This document shows positions 49,708-49,856 of a DNA stretch of 49,856 nucleotides, piece after piece. Source of the DNA: an uncultured bacterium (GTDB lineage Bacteria; SAR324; NAC60-12); assembly GCA_964010765.1 (NCBI GenBank), contig CAXGMD010000015.1:1-49856 (forward strand), given 5' to 3'. A program made the position numbers and the translations under genes. The stretch's first letter is position 1. The number at the start of each line of letters is the position of its first letter. The notes below the pieces were generated by a model that saw nothing but the letters and a program-made list of their open reading frames with translations, was not told the DNA's origin and searched no databases.

Positions 49708-49782
49708 TGGTAGGCACGGTCGGGATTGAACCGACGACCCCTACCGTGTCGAGGTAGTGCTCTCCCACTGAGCTACGCGCCT
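49708..49782 (-). tRNA. tRNA-Val(GAC)
   Basis: AGGCGCGTAGCTCAGTGGGAGAGCACTACCTCGACACGGTAGGGGTCGTCGGTTCAATCCCGACCGTGCCTACCA: cloverleaf with encoded CCA. Confidence 0.97.
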
Positions 49783-49821
49783 AGAATTTCTGAAGATATT
49801 GTTTCCCCATCCAGCGTTTGA

Positions 49822-49856
49822 GTTTGGCATCGACCGACTCTCCCACCGAGTAACCT
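49822..49856 (-). rRNA. rrf: 5S rRNA, 3' end only
   Basis: Minus strand AGGTTACTCGGTGGGAGAGTCGGTCGATGCCAAAC resembles the conserved 5S 3' end (GUGGGAGAGUAGGUC.CUGCC). Confidence 0.85.

Noticed and set aside
1..49856. CRISPR arrays, IS elements, integrases, prophage, reverse transcriptase
   Set aside because: No repeat-spacer arrays or such protein motifs were seen by eye.

Overview
Bacterial chromosome segment made mostly of housekeeping genes; a marine SAR324/Deltaproteobacteria-like origin is my inference from gene content and protein style, not something the sequence shows. In order: (1) a truncated K+ channel with tandem RCK domains, absent from the ORF track; (2) an amino-acid ABC binding protein and permease coupled to a kinase-M23-PLP phospho-lyase fusion; (3) a core block of yajC-secD-secF-tyrA, tig-clpP-clpX, pfkB, U32 peptidase, a cyclophilin-parvulin fusion, gpmI, ugd and a DUF2322-DapD fusion; (4) a putative Na+/H+ antiporter; (5) two unannotated small ORFs, one SutA-like, head-to-head with a 1-Cys DksA; (6) hemL-pyrB-pyrC and proB-rlmD, then a ~120-nt structured RNA candidate; (7) an ~8-9 kb phosphate-starvation lipid-remodelling cluster (olsF-like, ytfJ, Mpo1/DUF962-like, class-III aminotransferase, psd-like, agt, plcP, FAD oxidoreductase) with Pho-box-like 11-bp-periodic repeats before four transcription units; (8) the 3' end of a 5S rRNA, tRNA-Val(GAC), infC (ATA start), rpmI and rplT. 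The best candidate for an undescribed system is the Mpo1-like/aminotransferase/decarboxylase trio inside the PlcP-Agt-OlsF cluster. No CRISPR array, IS element or prophage was seen. All family assignments are by motif recognition, without database searches.
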